DNA of 64,000 nt from NCBI RefSeq assembly GCF_009914755.1, contig NC_060948.1; one strand, 5' to 3'. The stretch is from the human T2T-CHM13v2.0 reference genome, Homo sapiens. This document shows, piece after piece, positions 38,501 to 52,700 of this stretch (positions are counted from its first letter, which is position 1; every line of letters starts with the position of its first letter). Made by a program: the position numbers and the translations under genes. Below the pieces are notes generated by a model. That model had not been told where the DNA came from. It worked only from the letters and a program-made list of their open reading frames with translations, and ran no database searches.

Positions 38501-39081
38501 CAGATAGAGTAGAATGTAATGGAATGGAGTGCAGTGCAATGGAATGTAATGGAATGGAGTGCAATGGAATGGAATGGAATGGAATGGGATGGAATGGTAT
38601 GGAATGGATAGTAATGGACTGGAATGAAATGGACTGGAAAAGAATGGACTCAAATTGAAAGGGCTCGAAAGGAATGGAGTCAAATGGAATGGTCTGGAAT
38701 GGAATGAACACGAATGTAATGCAATCCAATAGAATGGAATCGAATGGCATGGAATATAAAGAAATGGAATCGAAGAGAATGGAAACAAATGGAATGGAAT
38801 TGAATGGAATGGAATTGAATGGAATGGGAACGAATGGAGTGAAATTGTATGCAGTAGAAGAGAATAGACTGGAATGCAAGCGAAAGGAAAGGAATGGATT
38901 GCAATGGAATGGAATTCATTGGAATGGAAGGGAATGTAGTGTAATGGACAGGCCTGGAATAAAGTGGAATGCTACGGTCTCGAATGGAATAAAAATGTAT
39001 GGAATGGAATGCAATGAAACGGAATCGAATGTCATAGAATGTAATGGAATGCAAAAAAATGGAATCCAAAATCATTGACTG
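35538..39081 (+). repeat. DYZ1 unit 11 (3,544 bp)
   Basis: Anchor variant GGCTGGTTG; rearranged pure tract at 38512-38590. Confidence 0.9.
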
Positions 39082-42000
39082 GAAAGGCTGGGTGTCGAAA
39101 GGAATTGACTCCAATGGAATGGAATCGAATGGAATGGAAGTGAATAGAATCGAACTAAATCGAATGGAATGGAATTGATAGGAACGGAATGGAAAGGAAT
39201 GCAATGATTTGGCATGGAATGGAATCGAATGGCATCGAATGGAATGGAATGGAATGCAATGGAATGGAATGTATTGGAATGTAATGAACATTAATGGAAT
39301 GTACTCGAATGGATTCGACTGGAATGGAATGTTCTGGAAGTGAATGGACTCCAATGGAATGGATTCGAAAGGAATGGAATCGAACGGAATGGAATCTAAT
39401 GGAATGGAATTAAATGGAAATGAATCAAATTGAATAGCACGGAATTGAATTGAATGGAATGGAATGCAATGGAATCTAATGAAACGGAAAGGAAAGGAAT
39501 GGAATGGAATGGAATGGGCTGGAATGGAAAGGAATCGAAACGAATGGAATGGAATCGAACTGAAGAGACTGGAATGGAATGCACTGGAATGGAAGGGAGT
39601 GTAATGGAAGGTTCTCGAAAATAATGGAAGCAAATGGAATGGAATTGAATGGAACGGAATAGAGTCGAATGGAATTTAATGGAATGGAATGGACTAGAGT
39701 GAAATGGAATCGAACCACAAGGAATGGACAGGAATAGAATGGTCTCGAATTGAATGGAATCGTATGGAATGGCATCAATCGGAATGGAATGGACAGCCAC
39801 GGAATGGAATGCACTCGAATGCAATGGAGTCGAAACTTATGGACTGGAATAGAATGGACTCGACTGGTACGGACTCCAATAGAATGGAATCGAATGGAAG
39901 GGATTCGAACGGAATGGACTCGAAGGGAAAAGACTGCAATGGAAAGGTCTCGAATGGAATGGAAATTAATGGAATGGAATGGAATCGAATGAAATGGAGT
40001 CAAAAGGAATGGAATCGAATGGCAAGAAATCGAATGTAATGGAATCGCAAGGAATTGATGTGAACGGAACGGAATGGAATGGAATCCAAAGGAATGGAAT
40101 AGAATGGAATGGAATCGAATGGAAAGGACTCGAATGGAAATCACTCGAATAGAATGAAATTTAATAAAATAGGATCAAATGTAATTGAATGGAATGGAAA
40201 GGAATCGAAACGAAAGGAATGGAGACAGATGGAATGGAATGGAACAGAGAGCAATGGTATAGAATGGAATGGAATCATCTGGAATGGAATTGAATGGAAT
40301 GGAATAATATGAAATGGAATGGAATGGAATGGAATGGAATGCCCTTGAATTAAATGGACTGGAATGGAATGGACTCGAACAGAGTGGAATGGAAAGTGTT
40401 GAGATAGAATGGAATGGACTCCTTTGGAATGGTCTAGTATGCAATGCAATCGACTGGCCGGGAATCAAAAGGAATGTAATCGAATGGATTAGACTGGAAT
40501 GCAATGGACTCGAATAGATTGGAAACGGAATGCAAAGGAATGGAATGGAATAGTATGGAATGGAATGGAAAGGAATGGAGTGGAATAGACTAGAGTGGAA
40601 TGGAATGGACTGGAAAGCAATGGACTGGAATGGAACTTTCTTGAATGGACTGGAATCAAACGGAATGGAATGCAATGCAATCAAATGGCATGGAATAAAA
40701 TAGAATGAAAGAGAATCAAATGGAATTGAATCGAATGGAATCGAATGGATTGGAAAGGAATAGAATGGAATGGAATGGAATTGACTCAAATGGAATGGAC
40801 TAGAATGGAATGGATTCGAATGGAAGGCAAAGGAATGGAATCTATTGGAATGGACTGTAATGGAATGGAATGGAAGGGATTGGAATGGACTCGAATGGAA
40901 TGGACTGCAATAGAAAGGATTCGAATGGAATGAAAAAGAATTGAATGGAATAGAACAGAATGGAATCAAATCGAATGAAATGGAATGGAATAGAAAGGAA
41001 TGGAATGAAATGGAATGGAAAGGATTCGAATGGAATGCAATCGAATGGAATGGAATCGAACGGAATGGAATAAAATGGAAGAAAACTGGCAAGAAATGGA
41101 ATCGAAATGAATGGAGTGTTATGGAACGGACTCAAAAGGAATTGAATGTAATAGAATGGAGTGGAGTGGACTCGAATATAATGGACTGGAATGGAATGAA
41201 ATCACATGGAATGGGAACGAATGGAATGGAATGGAAAGGAATGGAATCGAATGGAAAGGAATCGAATGGAAGGGAATGAAATTGAATCAACAGGAATGGA
41301 AGGGAATAGAATAGACGGTAATGGAATGGACTCGAATAGAATGGACACGAATGCTCAAATTGAATGGACTCGAATGGAATGGAAACGAAAGGAATGTCAT
41401 CGAATGGAATTGAATCGATTGGAATGAAATCGCATAGAATGGAGTGGAATCAAATGGAATTGAATCGAAAGGAAAGGAAGCGAATGGACTGAAATGAAAT
41501 GGAATGGAATTGAATGGAAAGTAATGCAATGGAATAGAATGGAACGAAATTTCACGGAATGGAATCAAACTGAATGGAATCAAATCAATGGAATCAAATC
41601 AAATGGAATGGAAAGGAATTGAATGGAGTAGATTGGATTGGATGGGATTGGAATGAAATGTACTGGAAAGGACTCGAATTTCATGAAACGGAATGGAATG
41701 AATTGGAACGGAATGGACTCGAATGGAATGGAATGTCATGGAATGGCATCAAATGGAATGGCATCAAATGGAATGGAATCGAATGCAATGGAATGCTATG
41801 GAATGGAATGGAATGCATTGGAATGGAATGTCCTCTAATTGAATGGATTCGAGTGGAATGGAATCGAATATAATGGAGTCGAATGAAATGGAATTGAAAG
41901 GAATGGGATCGAATACAATGGAATATACTGGAATGTAATGTAATGAACTCGAATGTAATTGACTGGAATGGAATGTACATGAATGGAATGTAATCGAATG

Positions 42001-42640
42001 GAAAGTAATCCAATGGAATAGAATCTAATGCAATAAAATCGACTCAGATAGAGTAGAATGTAATGGAATGGAGTGCAGTGCAATGGAATGGAATGGAATG
42101 GAATGCAATGGAATGGAAAGGAATGGAATGGAATGGAATGGAATGGGATGGAATGGTATGGAATGGATAGTAATGGACTGGAATGAAATGGACTGGAAAA
42201 GAATGGACTCAAATTGAAAGGGCTCGAAAGGAATGGAGTCAAATGGAATGGTCTGGAATGGAATGAACACGAATGTAATGCAATCCAATAGAATGGAATC
42301 GAATGGCATGGAATATAAAGAAATGGAATCGAAGAGAATGGAAACAAATGGAATGGAATTGAATGGAATGGAATTGAATGGAATGGGAACGAATGGAGTG
42401 AAATTGTATGCAGTAGAAGAGAATAGACTGGAATGCAAGCGAAAGGAAAGGAATGGATTGCAATGGAATGGAATTCATTGGAATGGAAGGGAATGTAGTG
42501 TAATGGACAGGCCTGGAATAAAGTGGAATGCTACGGTCTCGAATGGAATAAAAATGTATGGAATGGAATGCAATGAAACGGAATCGAATGTCATAGAATG
42601 TAATGGAATGCAAAAAAATGGAATCCAAAATCATTGACTG
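39082..42640 (+). repeat. DYZ1 unit 12 (3,559 bp)
   Basis: Markers shared only with unit 13 (GTATTGG, GGAATTTAAT, CATCAATCGG, GGCCGG, CTAATTGAAT). Confidence 0.92.
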
Positions 42641-45600
42641 GAAAGGCTGGGTGTCGAAAGGAATTGACTCCAATGGAATGGAATCGAATGGAATGGAAGT
42701 GAATAGAATCGAACTAAATCGAATGGAATGGAATTGATAGGAACGGAATGGAAAGGAATGCAATGATTTGGCATGGAATGGAATCGAATGGCATCGAATG
42801 GAATGGAATGGAATGCAATGGAATGGAATGTATTGGAATGTAATGAACATTAATGGAATGTACTCGAATGGATTCGACTGGAATGGAATGTTCTGGAAGT
42901 GAATGGACTCCAATGGAATGGATTCGAAAGGAATGGAATCGAACGGAATGGAATCTAATGGAATGGAATTAAATGGAAATGAATCAAATTGAATAGCACG
43001 GAATTGAATTGAATGGAATGGAATGCAATGGAATCTAATGAAACGGAAAGGAAAGGAATGGAATGGAATGGAATGGGCTGGAATGGAAAGGAATCGAAAC
43101 GAATGGAATGGAATCGAACTGAAGAGACTGGAATGGAATGCACTGGAATGGAAGGGAGTGTAATGGAAGGTTCTCGAAAATAATGGAAGCAAATGGAATG
43201 GAATTGAATGGAACGGAATAGAGTCGAATGGAATTTAATGGAATGGAATGGACTAGAGTGAAATGGAATCGAACCACAAGGAATGGACAGGAATAGAATG
43301 GTCTCGAATTGAATGGAATCGTATGGAATGGCATCAATCGGAATGGAATGGACAGCCACGGAATGGAATGCACTCGAATGCAATGGAGTCGAAACTTATG
43401 GACTGGAATAGAATGGACTCGACTGGTACGGACTCCAATAGAATGGAATCGAATGGAAGGGATTCGAACGGAATGGACTCGAAGGGAAAAGACTGCAATG
43501 GAAAGGTCTCGAATGGAATGGAAATTAATGGAATGGAATGGAATCGAATGAAATGGAGTCAAAAGGAATGGAATCGAATGGCAAGAAATCGAATGTAATG
43601 GAATCGCAAGGAATTGATGTGAACGGAACGGAATGGAATGGAATCCAAAGGAATGGAATAGAATGGAATGGAATCGAATGGAAAGGACTCGAATGGAAAT
43701 CACTCGAATAGAATGAAATTTAATAAAATAGGATCAAATGTAATTGAATGGAATGGAAAGGAATCGAAACGAAAGGAATGGAGACAGATGGAATGGAATG
43801 GAACAGAGAGCAATGGTATAGAATGGAATGGAATCATCTGGAATGGAATTGAATGGAATGGAATAATATGAAATGGAATGGAATGGAATGGAATGGAATG
43901 CCCTTGAATTAAATGGACTGGAATGGAATGGACTCGAACAGAGTGGAATGGAAAGTGTTGAGATAGAATGGAATGGACTCCTTTGGAATGGTCTAGTATG
44001 CAATGCAATCGACTGGCCGGGAATCAAAAGGAATGTAATCGAATGGATTAGACTGGAATGCAATGGACTCGAATAGATTGGAAACGGAATGCAAAGGAAT
44101 GGAATGGAATAGTATGGAATGGAATGGAAAGGAATGGAGTGGAATAGACTAGAGTGGAATGGAATGGACTGGAAAGCAATGGACTGGAATGGAACTTTCT
44201 TGAATGGACTGGAATCAAACGGAATGGAATGCAATGCAATCAAATGGCATGGAATAAAATAGAATGAAAGAGAATCAAATGGAATTGAATCGAATGGAAT
44301 CGAATGGATTGGAAAGGAATAGAATGGAATGGAATGGAATTGACTCAAATGGAATGGACTAGAATGGAATGGATTCGAATGGAAGGCAAAGGAATGGAAT
44401 CTATTGGAATGGACTGTAATGGAATGGAATGGAAGGGATTGGAATGGACTCGAATGGAATGGACTGCAATAGAAAGGATTCGAATGGAATGAAAAAGAAT
44501 TGAATGGAATAGAACAGAATGGAATCAAATCGAATGAAATGGAATGGAATAGAAAGGAATGGAATGAAATGGAATGGAAAGGATTCGAATGGAATGCAAT
44601 CGAATGGAATGGAATCGAACGGAATGGAATAAAATGGAAGAAAACTGGCAAGAAATGGAATCGAAATGAATGGAGTGTTATGGAACGGACTCAAAAGGAA
44701 TTGAATGTAATAGAATGGAGTGGAGTGGACTCGAATATAATGGACTGGAATGGAATGAAATCACATGGAATGGGAACGAATGGAATGGAATGGAAAGGAA
44801 TGGAATCGAATGGAAAGGAATCGAATGGAAGGGAATGAAATTGAATCAACAGGAATGGAAGGGAATAGAATAGACGGTAATGGAATGGACTCGAATAGAA
44901 TGGACACGAATGCTCAAATTGAATGGACTCGAATGGAATGGAAACGAAAGGAATGTCATCGAATGGAATTGAATCGATTGGAATGAAATCGCATAGAATG
45001 GAGTGGAATCAAATGGAATTGAATCGAAAGGAAAGGAAGCGAATGGACTGAAATGAAATGGAATGGAATTGAATGGAAAGTAATGCAATGGAATAGAATG
45101 GAACGAAATTTCACGGAATGGAATCAAACTGAATGGAATCAAATCAATGGAATCAAATCAAATGGAATGGAAAGGAATTGAATGGAGTAGATTGGATTGG
45201 ATGGGATTGGAATGAAATGTACTGGAAAGGACTCGAATTTCATGAAACGGAATGGAATGAATTGGAACGGAATGGACTCGAATGGAATGGAATGTCATGG
45301 AATGGCATCAAATGGAATGGCATCAAATGGAATGGAATCGAATGCAATGGAATGCTATGGAATGGAATGGAATGCATTGGAATGGAATGTCCTCTAATTG
45401 AATGGATTCGAGTGGAATGGAATCGAATATAATGGAGTCGAATGAAATGGAATTGAAAGGAATGGGATCGAATACAATGGAATATACTGGAATGTAATGT
45501 AATGAACTCGAATGTAATTGACTGGAATGGAATGTACATGAATGGAATGTAATCGAATGGAAAGTAATCCAATGGAATAGAATCTAATGCAATAAAATCG

Positions 45601-46199
45601 ACTCAGATAGAGTAGAATGTAATGGAATGGAGTGCAGTGCAATGGAATGGAATGGAATGGAATGCAATGGAATGGAAAGGAATGGAATGGAATGGAATGG
45701 AATGGGATGGAATGGTATGGAATGGATAGTAATGGACTGGAATGAAATGGACTGGAAAAGAATGGACTCAAATTGAAAGGGCTCGAAAGGAATGGAGTCA
45801 AATGGAATGGTCTGGAATGGAATGAACACGAATGTAATGCAATCCAATAGAATGGAATCGAATGGCATGGAATATAAAGAAATGGAATCGAAGAGAATGG
45901 AAACAAATGGAATGGAATTGAATGGAATGGAATTGAATGGAATGGGAACGAATGGAGTGAAATTGTATGCAGTAGAAGAGAATAGACTGGAATGCAAGCG
46001 AAAGGAAAGGAATGGATTGCAATGGAATGGAATTCATTGGAATGGAAGGGAATGTAGTGTAATGGACAGGCCTGGAATAAAGTGGAATGCTACGGTCTCG
46101 AATGGAATAAAAATGTATGGAATGGAATGCAATGAAACGGAATCGAATGTCATAGAATGTAATGGAATGCAAAAAAATGGAATCCAAAATCATTGACTG
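42641..46199 (+). repeat. DYZ1 unit 13 (3,559 bp; duplicate of unit 12)
   Basis: Same markers as unit 12 at a constant +3559 offset. Confidence 0.92.
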
Positions 46200-49100
46200 G
46201 AAAGGCTGGGTGTCGAAAGGAATTGACTCCAATGGAATGGAATCGAATGGAATGGAAGTGAATAGAATCGAACTAAATCGAATGGAATGGAATTGATAGG
46301 AACGGAATGGAAAGGAATGCAATGATTTGGCATGGAATGGAATCGAATGGCATCGAATGGAATGGAATGGAATGCAATGGAATGGAATGTATTAGAATGT
46401 AATGAACATTAATGGAATGTACTCGAATGGATTCGACTGGAATGGAATGTTCTGGAAGTGAATGGACTCCAATGGAATGGATTCGAAAGGAATGGAATCG
46501 AACGGAATGGAATCTAATGGAATGGAATTAAATGGAAATGAATCAAATTGAATAGCACGGAATTGAATTGAATGGAATCGAATGCAATGGAATCTAATGA
46601 AACGGAAAGGAAAGGAATGGAATGGAATGGAATGGGCTGGAATGGAAAGGAATCGAAACGAATGGAATGGAATCGAACTGAAGAGACTGGAATGGAATGC
46701 ACTGGAATGGAAGGGAGTGTAATGGAAGGTTCTCGAAAATAATGGAAGCAAATGGAATGGAATTGAATGGAACGGAATAGAGTCGAATGGAATTGAATGG
46801 AATGGAATGGACTAGAGTGAAATGGAATCGAACCACAAGGAATGGACAGGAATAGAATGGTCTCGAATTGAATGGAATCGTATGGAATGGCATCAAACGG
46901 AATGGAATGGACAGCCACGGAATGGAATGCACTCGAATGCAATGGAGTCGAAACTTATGGACTGGAATAGAATGGACTCGACTGGTACGGACTCCAATGG
47001 AATGGAATCGAATGGAAGGGATTCGAACGGAATGGACTCGAAGGGAAAAGACTGCAATGGAAAGGTCTCGAATGGAATGGAAATTAATGGAATGGAATGG
47101 AATCGAATGAAATGGAGTCAAAAGGAATGGAATCGAATGGCAAGAAATCGAATGTAATGGAATCGCAAGTAATTGCTGTGAACGGAACGGAATGGAATGG
47201 AATCCAAAGGAATGGAATAGAATGGAATGGAATCGAATGGAAAGGACTCGAATGGAAATCACTCGAATGGAATGAAATTTAATAAAATAGGATCAAATGT
47301 AATTGAATGGAATGGAAAGGAATCGAAACGAAAGGAATGGAGACAGATGGAATGGAATGGAACAGAGAGCAATGGTATAGAATGGAATGGAATCATCTGG
47401 AATGGAATTGAATGGAATGGAATAATATGAAATGGAATGGAATGGAATGGAATGGCATGCCCTTGAATTAAATGGACTGGAATGGAATGGACTCGAACAG
47501 AGTGGAATGGAAAGTGTTGAGATAGAATGGAATGGACTCTTTTGGAATGGTCTAGTATGCAATGCAATCGACTGGCAGGGAATCAAAAGGAATGTAATCG
47601 AATGGATTGGACTGGAATGCAATGGACTCGAATAGATTGGAAACGGAATGCAAAGGAATGGAATGGAATAGTATGGAATGGAATGGAAAGGAATGGAGTG
47701 GAATAGACTAGAGTGGAATGGAATGGACTGGAAAGCAATGGACTGGAATGGAACTTTCTTGAATGGACTGGAATCAAACGGAATGGAATGCAATGCAATC
47801 AAATGGCATGGAATAAAATAGAATGAAAGAGAATCAAATGGAATTGAATCGAATGGAATCGAATGGATTGGAAAGGAATAGAATGGAATGGAATGGAATT
47901 GACTCAAATGGAATGGACTAGAATGGAATGGATTCGAATGGAAGGCAAAGGAATGGAATCTATTGGAATGGACAGTAATGGAATGGAATGGAAGGGATTG
48001 GAATGGACTCGAATGGAATGGACTGCAATAGAAAGGATTCGAATGGAATGAAAAAGAATTGAATGGAATAGAACAGAATGGAATCAAATCGAATGAAATG
48101 GAATGGAATAGAAAGGAATGGAATGAAATGGAATGGAAAGGATTCGAATGGAATGCAATCGAATGGAATGGAATCGAACGGAATGGAATAAAATGGAAGA
48201 AAACTGGCAAGAAATGGAATCGAAATGAATGGAGTGTTATGGAACGGACTCAAAAGGAATTGAATGTAATAGAATGGAGTGGAGTGGACTCGAATATAAT
48301 GAACTGGAATGGAATGAAATCACATGGAATGGGAACGAATGGAATGGAATGGAAAGGAATGGAATCGAATGGAAAGGAATCGAATGGAAGGGAATGAAAT
48401 TGAATCAACAGGAATGGAAGGGAATAGAATAGACGGTAATGGAATGGACTCGAATAGAATGGACACGAATGCTGAAATTGAATGGACTCGAATGGAATGG
48501 AAACAAAAGGAATGTCATCGAATGGAATTGAATCGATTGGAATGAAATCGCATAGAATGGAGTGGAATCAAATGGAATTGAATCGAAAGGAAAGGAAGCG
48601 AATGGACTGAAATGAAATGGAATGGAATTGAATGGAAAGTAATGCAATGGAATAGAATGGAACGAAATTTCACGGAATGGAATCAAACTGAATGGAATCA
48701 AATCAATGGAATCAAATCAAATGGAATGGAAAGGAATTGAATGGAGTAGATTGGATTGGATGGGATTGGAATGAAATGTACTGGAAAGGACTCGAATTTC
48801 ATGAAACGGAATGGAATGAATTGGAACGGAATGGACTCGAATGGAATGGAATGTCATGGAATGGCATCAAATGGAATGGCATCAAATGGAATGGAATCGA
48901 ATGCAATGGAATGCTATGGAATGGAATGGAATGCATTGGAATGGAATGTCCTCTAATGGAATGGATTCGAGTGGAATGGAATCGAATATAATGGAGTCGA
49001 ATGAAATGGAATTGAAAGGAATGGGATCGAATACAATGGAATATACTGGAATGTAATGTAATCAACTCGAATGTAATTGACTGGAATGGAATGTACATGA

Positions 49101-49773
49101 ATGGAATGTAATCGAATGGAAAGTAATCCAATGGAATAGAATCTAATGCAATAAAATCGACTCAGATAGAGTAGAATGTAATGGAATGGAGTGCAGTGCA
49201 ATGGAATGGAATGGAATGGAATGCAATGGAATGGAATGGAATGGAATGGAATGGAATGGAATGGAATGGAATGGAATGGGATGGAATGGTATGGAATGGA
49301 TAGTAATGGACTGGAGTGAAATGGACTGGAAAGGAATGGACTCAAATTGAAAGGGCTCGAAAGGAATGGAGTCAAATGGAATGGTCTGGAATGGAATGAA
49401 CACGAATGTAATGCAATCCAATAGAATGGAATCGAATGGCATGGAATATAAAGAAATGGAATCGAAGAGAATGGAAACAAATGGAATGGAATTGAATGGA
49501 ATGGAATTGAATGGAATGGGAACGAATGGAGTGAAATTGTATGCAGTAGAAGAGAATAGAATGGAATGCAAGCGAAAGGAAAGGAATGGATTGCAATGGA
49601 ATGGAATTCATTGGAATGGAAGGGAATGTAGTGTAATGGACAGGCCTGGAATAAAGTGGAATGTTACGGTCTCGAATGGAATAAAAATGTATGGAATGGA
49701 ATGCAATGAAACGGAATCGAATGTCATAGAATGTAATGGAATGCAAAAAAATGGAATCCAAAATCATTGACAG
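46200..49773 (+). repeat. DYZ1 unit 14 (3,574 bp)
   Basis: Anchor spacing; shares GACAGTAATG with unit 15 and TAATGAACTGG with units 11 and 15. Confidence 0.9.
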
Positions 49774-52700
49774 GAAAGGCTGGGTGTCGAAAGGAATTGA
49801 CTCCAATGGAATGGAATCGAATGGAATGGAAGTGAATAGAATCGAACTAAATCGAATGGAATGGAATTCATAGGAACGGAATGGAAAGGAATGCAATGAT
49901 TTGGCATGGAATGGAATCGAATGGCATCGAATGGAATGGAATGGAATGCAATGGAATGGAATGTATTAGAATGTAATGAACATTAATGGAATGTACTCGA
50001 ATGGATTCGACTGGAATGGAATGTTCTGGAAGTGAATGGACTCCAATGGAATGGATTCGAAAGGAATGGAATCGAACGGAATGGAATCTAATGGAATGGA
50101 ATTAAATGGAAATGAATCAAATTGAATAGCACGGAATTGAATTGAATGGAATCGAATGCAATGGAATCTAATGAAACGGACAGGAAAGGAATGGAATGGA
50201 ATGGAATGGGCTGGAATGGAAAGGAATCGAAACGAATGGAATGGAATCGAACTGAAGAGACTGGAATGGAATGCACTGGAATGGAAGGGAGTGTAATGGA
50301 AGGTTCTCGAAAATAATGGAAGCAAATGGAATGGAATTGAATGGAACGGAATAGAGTCGAATGGAATTGAATGGAATGGAATGGACTAGAGTGAAATGGA
50401 ATCGAACCACAAGGAATGGACAGGAATAGAATGGTCTCGAATTGAATGGAATCGTATGGAATGGCATCAAACGGAATGGAATGGACAGCCACGGAATGGA
50501 ATGCACTCGAATGCAATGGAGTCGAAACTTATGGACTGGAATAGAATGGACTCGACTGGTACGGACTCCAATGGAATGGAATCGAATGGAAGGGATTCGA
50601 ACGGAATGGACTCGAAGGGAAAAGACTGCAATGGAAAGGTCTCGAATGGAATGGAAATTAATGGAATGGAATGGAATCGAATGAAATGGAGTCAAAAGGA
50701 ATGGAATCGAATGGCAAGAAATCAAATGTAATGGAATCGCAAGGAATTGATGTGAACGGAACGGAATGGAATGGAATCCAAAGGAATGGAATAGAATGGA
50801 ATGGAATCGAATGGAAAGGACTCGAATGGAAATCACTCGAATGGAATGAAATTTAATAAAATAGGATCAAATGTAATTGAATGGAATGGAAAGGAATCGA
50901 AACAAAACAATGGAGACAGATGGAATGGAATGGAACAGAGAGCAATGGTATAGAATGGAATGGAATCATCTGGAATGGAATTGAATGGAATGGAATAATA
51001 TGAAATGGAATGGAATGGAATGGAATGGAATGCCCTTGAATTAAATGGACTGGAATGGAATGGACTCGAACAGAGTGGAATGGAAAGTGTTGAGATAGAA
51101 TGGAATGGACTCTTTTAGAATGGTCTAGTATGCAATGCAATCGACTGGCAGGGAATCAAAAGGAATGAAATCGAATGGATTGGACTGGAATGCAATGGAC
51201 TCGAATAGATTGGAAACGGAATGCAAAGGAATGGAATGGAATAGTATGGAATGGAATGGAAAGGAATGGAGTGGAATAGACTAGAGTGGAATGGAATGGA
51301 CTGGAAAGCAATGGACTGGAATGGAACTTTCTTGAATGGACTGGAATCAAACGGAATGGAATGCAATGCAATCAAATGGCATGGAATAAAATAGAATGAA
51401 AGAGAATCAAATGGAATTGAATCGAATGGAATCGAATGGATTGGAAAGGAATAGAATGGAATGGAATGGAATGGACTCAAATGGAATGGACTAGAATGGA
51501 ATGGATTCGAATGGAAGGCAAAGGAATGGAATCTATTGGAATGGACAGTAATGGAATGGAATGGAAGGGATTGGAATGGACTCGAATGGAATGGACTGCA
51601 ATAGAAAGGATTCGAATGGAATGAAAAAGAATTGAATGGAATAGAACAGAATGGAATCAAATCGAATGAAATGGAATGGAATAGAAAGGAATGGAATGAA
51701 ATGGAATGGAAAGGATTCGAATGGAATGCAATCGAATGGAATGGAATCGAACGGAATGGAATAAAATGGCAGAAAACTGGCAAGAAATGGAATCGAAATG
51801 AATGGAGTGTTATGGAACGGACTCAAAAGGAATTGAATGTAATAGAATGGAGTGGAGTGGACTCGAATATAATGAACTGGAATGGAATGAAATCACATGG
51901 AATGGGAACGAATGGAATGGAATGGAAAGGAATGGAATCGAATGGAAAGGAATCGAATGGAAGGGAATGAAATTGGATCAACAGGAATGGAAGGGAATAG
52001 AATAGACGGTAATGGAATGGACTCGAATAGAATGGACACGAATGCTCAAATTGAATGGACTCGAATGGAATGGAAACAAAAGGAATGTCATCGAATGGAA
52101 TTGAATCGATTGGAATGAAATCGCATAGAATGGAGTGGAATCAAATGGAATTGAATCGAAAGGAAAGGAAGCGAATGGACTGAAATGAAATGGAATGGAA
52201 TTGAATGGAAAGTAATGTAATGGAATAGAATGGAACGAAATTTCACGGAATGGAATCAAACTGAATGGAATCAAATCAATGGAATCAAATCAAATGGAAT
52301 GGAAAGGAATTGAATGGAGTAGATTGGATTGGATGGGATTGGAATGAAATGTACTGGAAAGGACTCGAATTTCATGAAACGGAATGGAATGAATTGGAAC
52401 GGAATGGACTCGAATGGAATGGAATGTCATGGAATGGCATCAAATGGAATGGTATCGAATGCAATGGAATGCTATGGAATGGAATGGAATGCATTGGAAT
52501 GGAATGTCCTCTAATGGAATGGATTCGAGTGGAATGGAATCGAATATAATGGAGTCGAATGAAATGGAATTGAAAGGAATGGGATCGAATACAATGGAAT
52601 ATACTGGAATGTAATGTAATGAACTCGAATGTAATTGACTGGAATGGAATGTACATGAATGGAATGTAATCGAATGGAAAGTAATCCAATGGAATAGAAT

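Noticed and set aside
38680-39633. Longest ORFs (317 aa; also 42239-43192, and the 305-313 aa minus-strand ORFs)
   Set aside because: A single substitution (GTATTAG->GTATTGG) removes a stop and fuses two low-complexity frames. It marks the unit 12/13 duplication and is not a gene.
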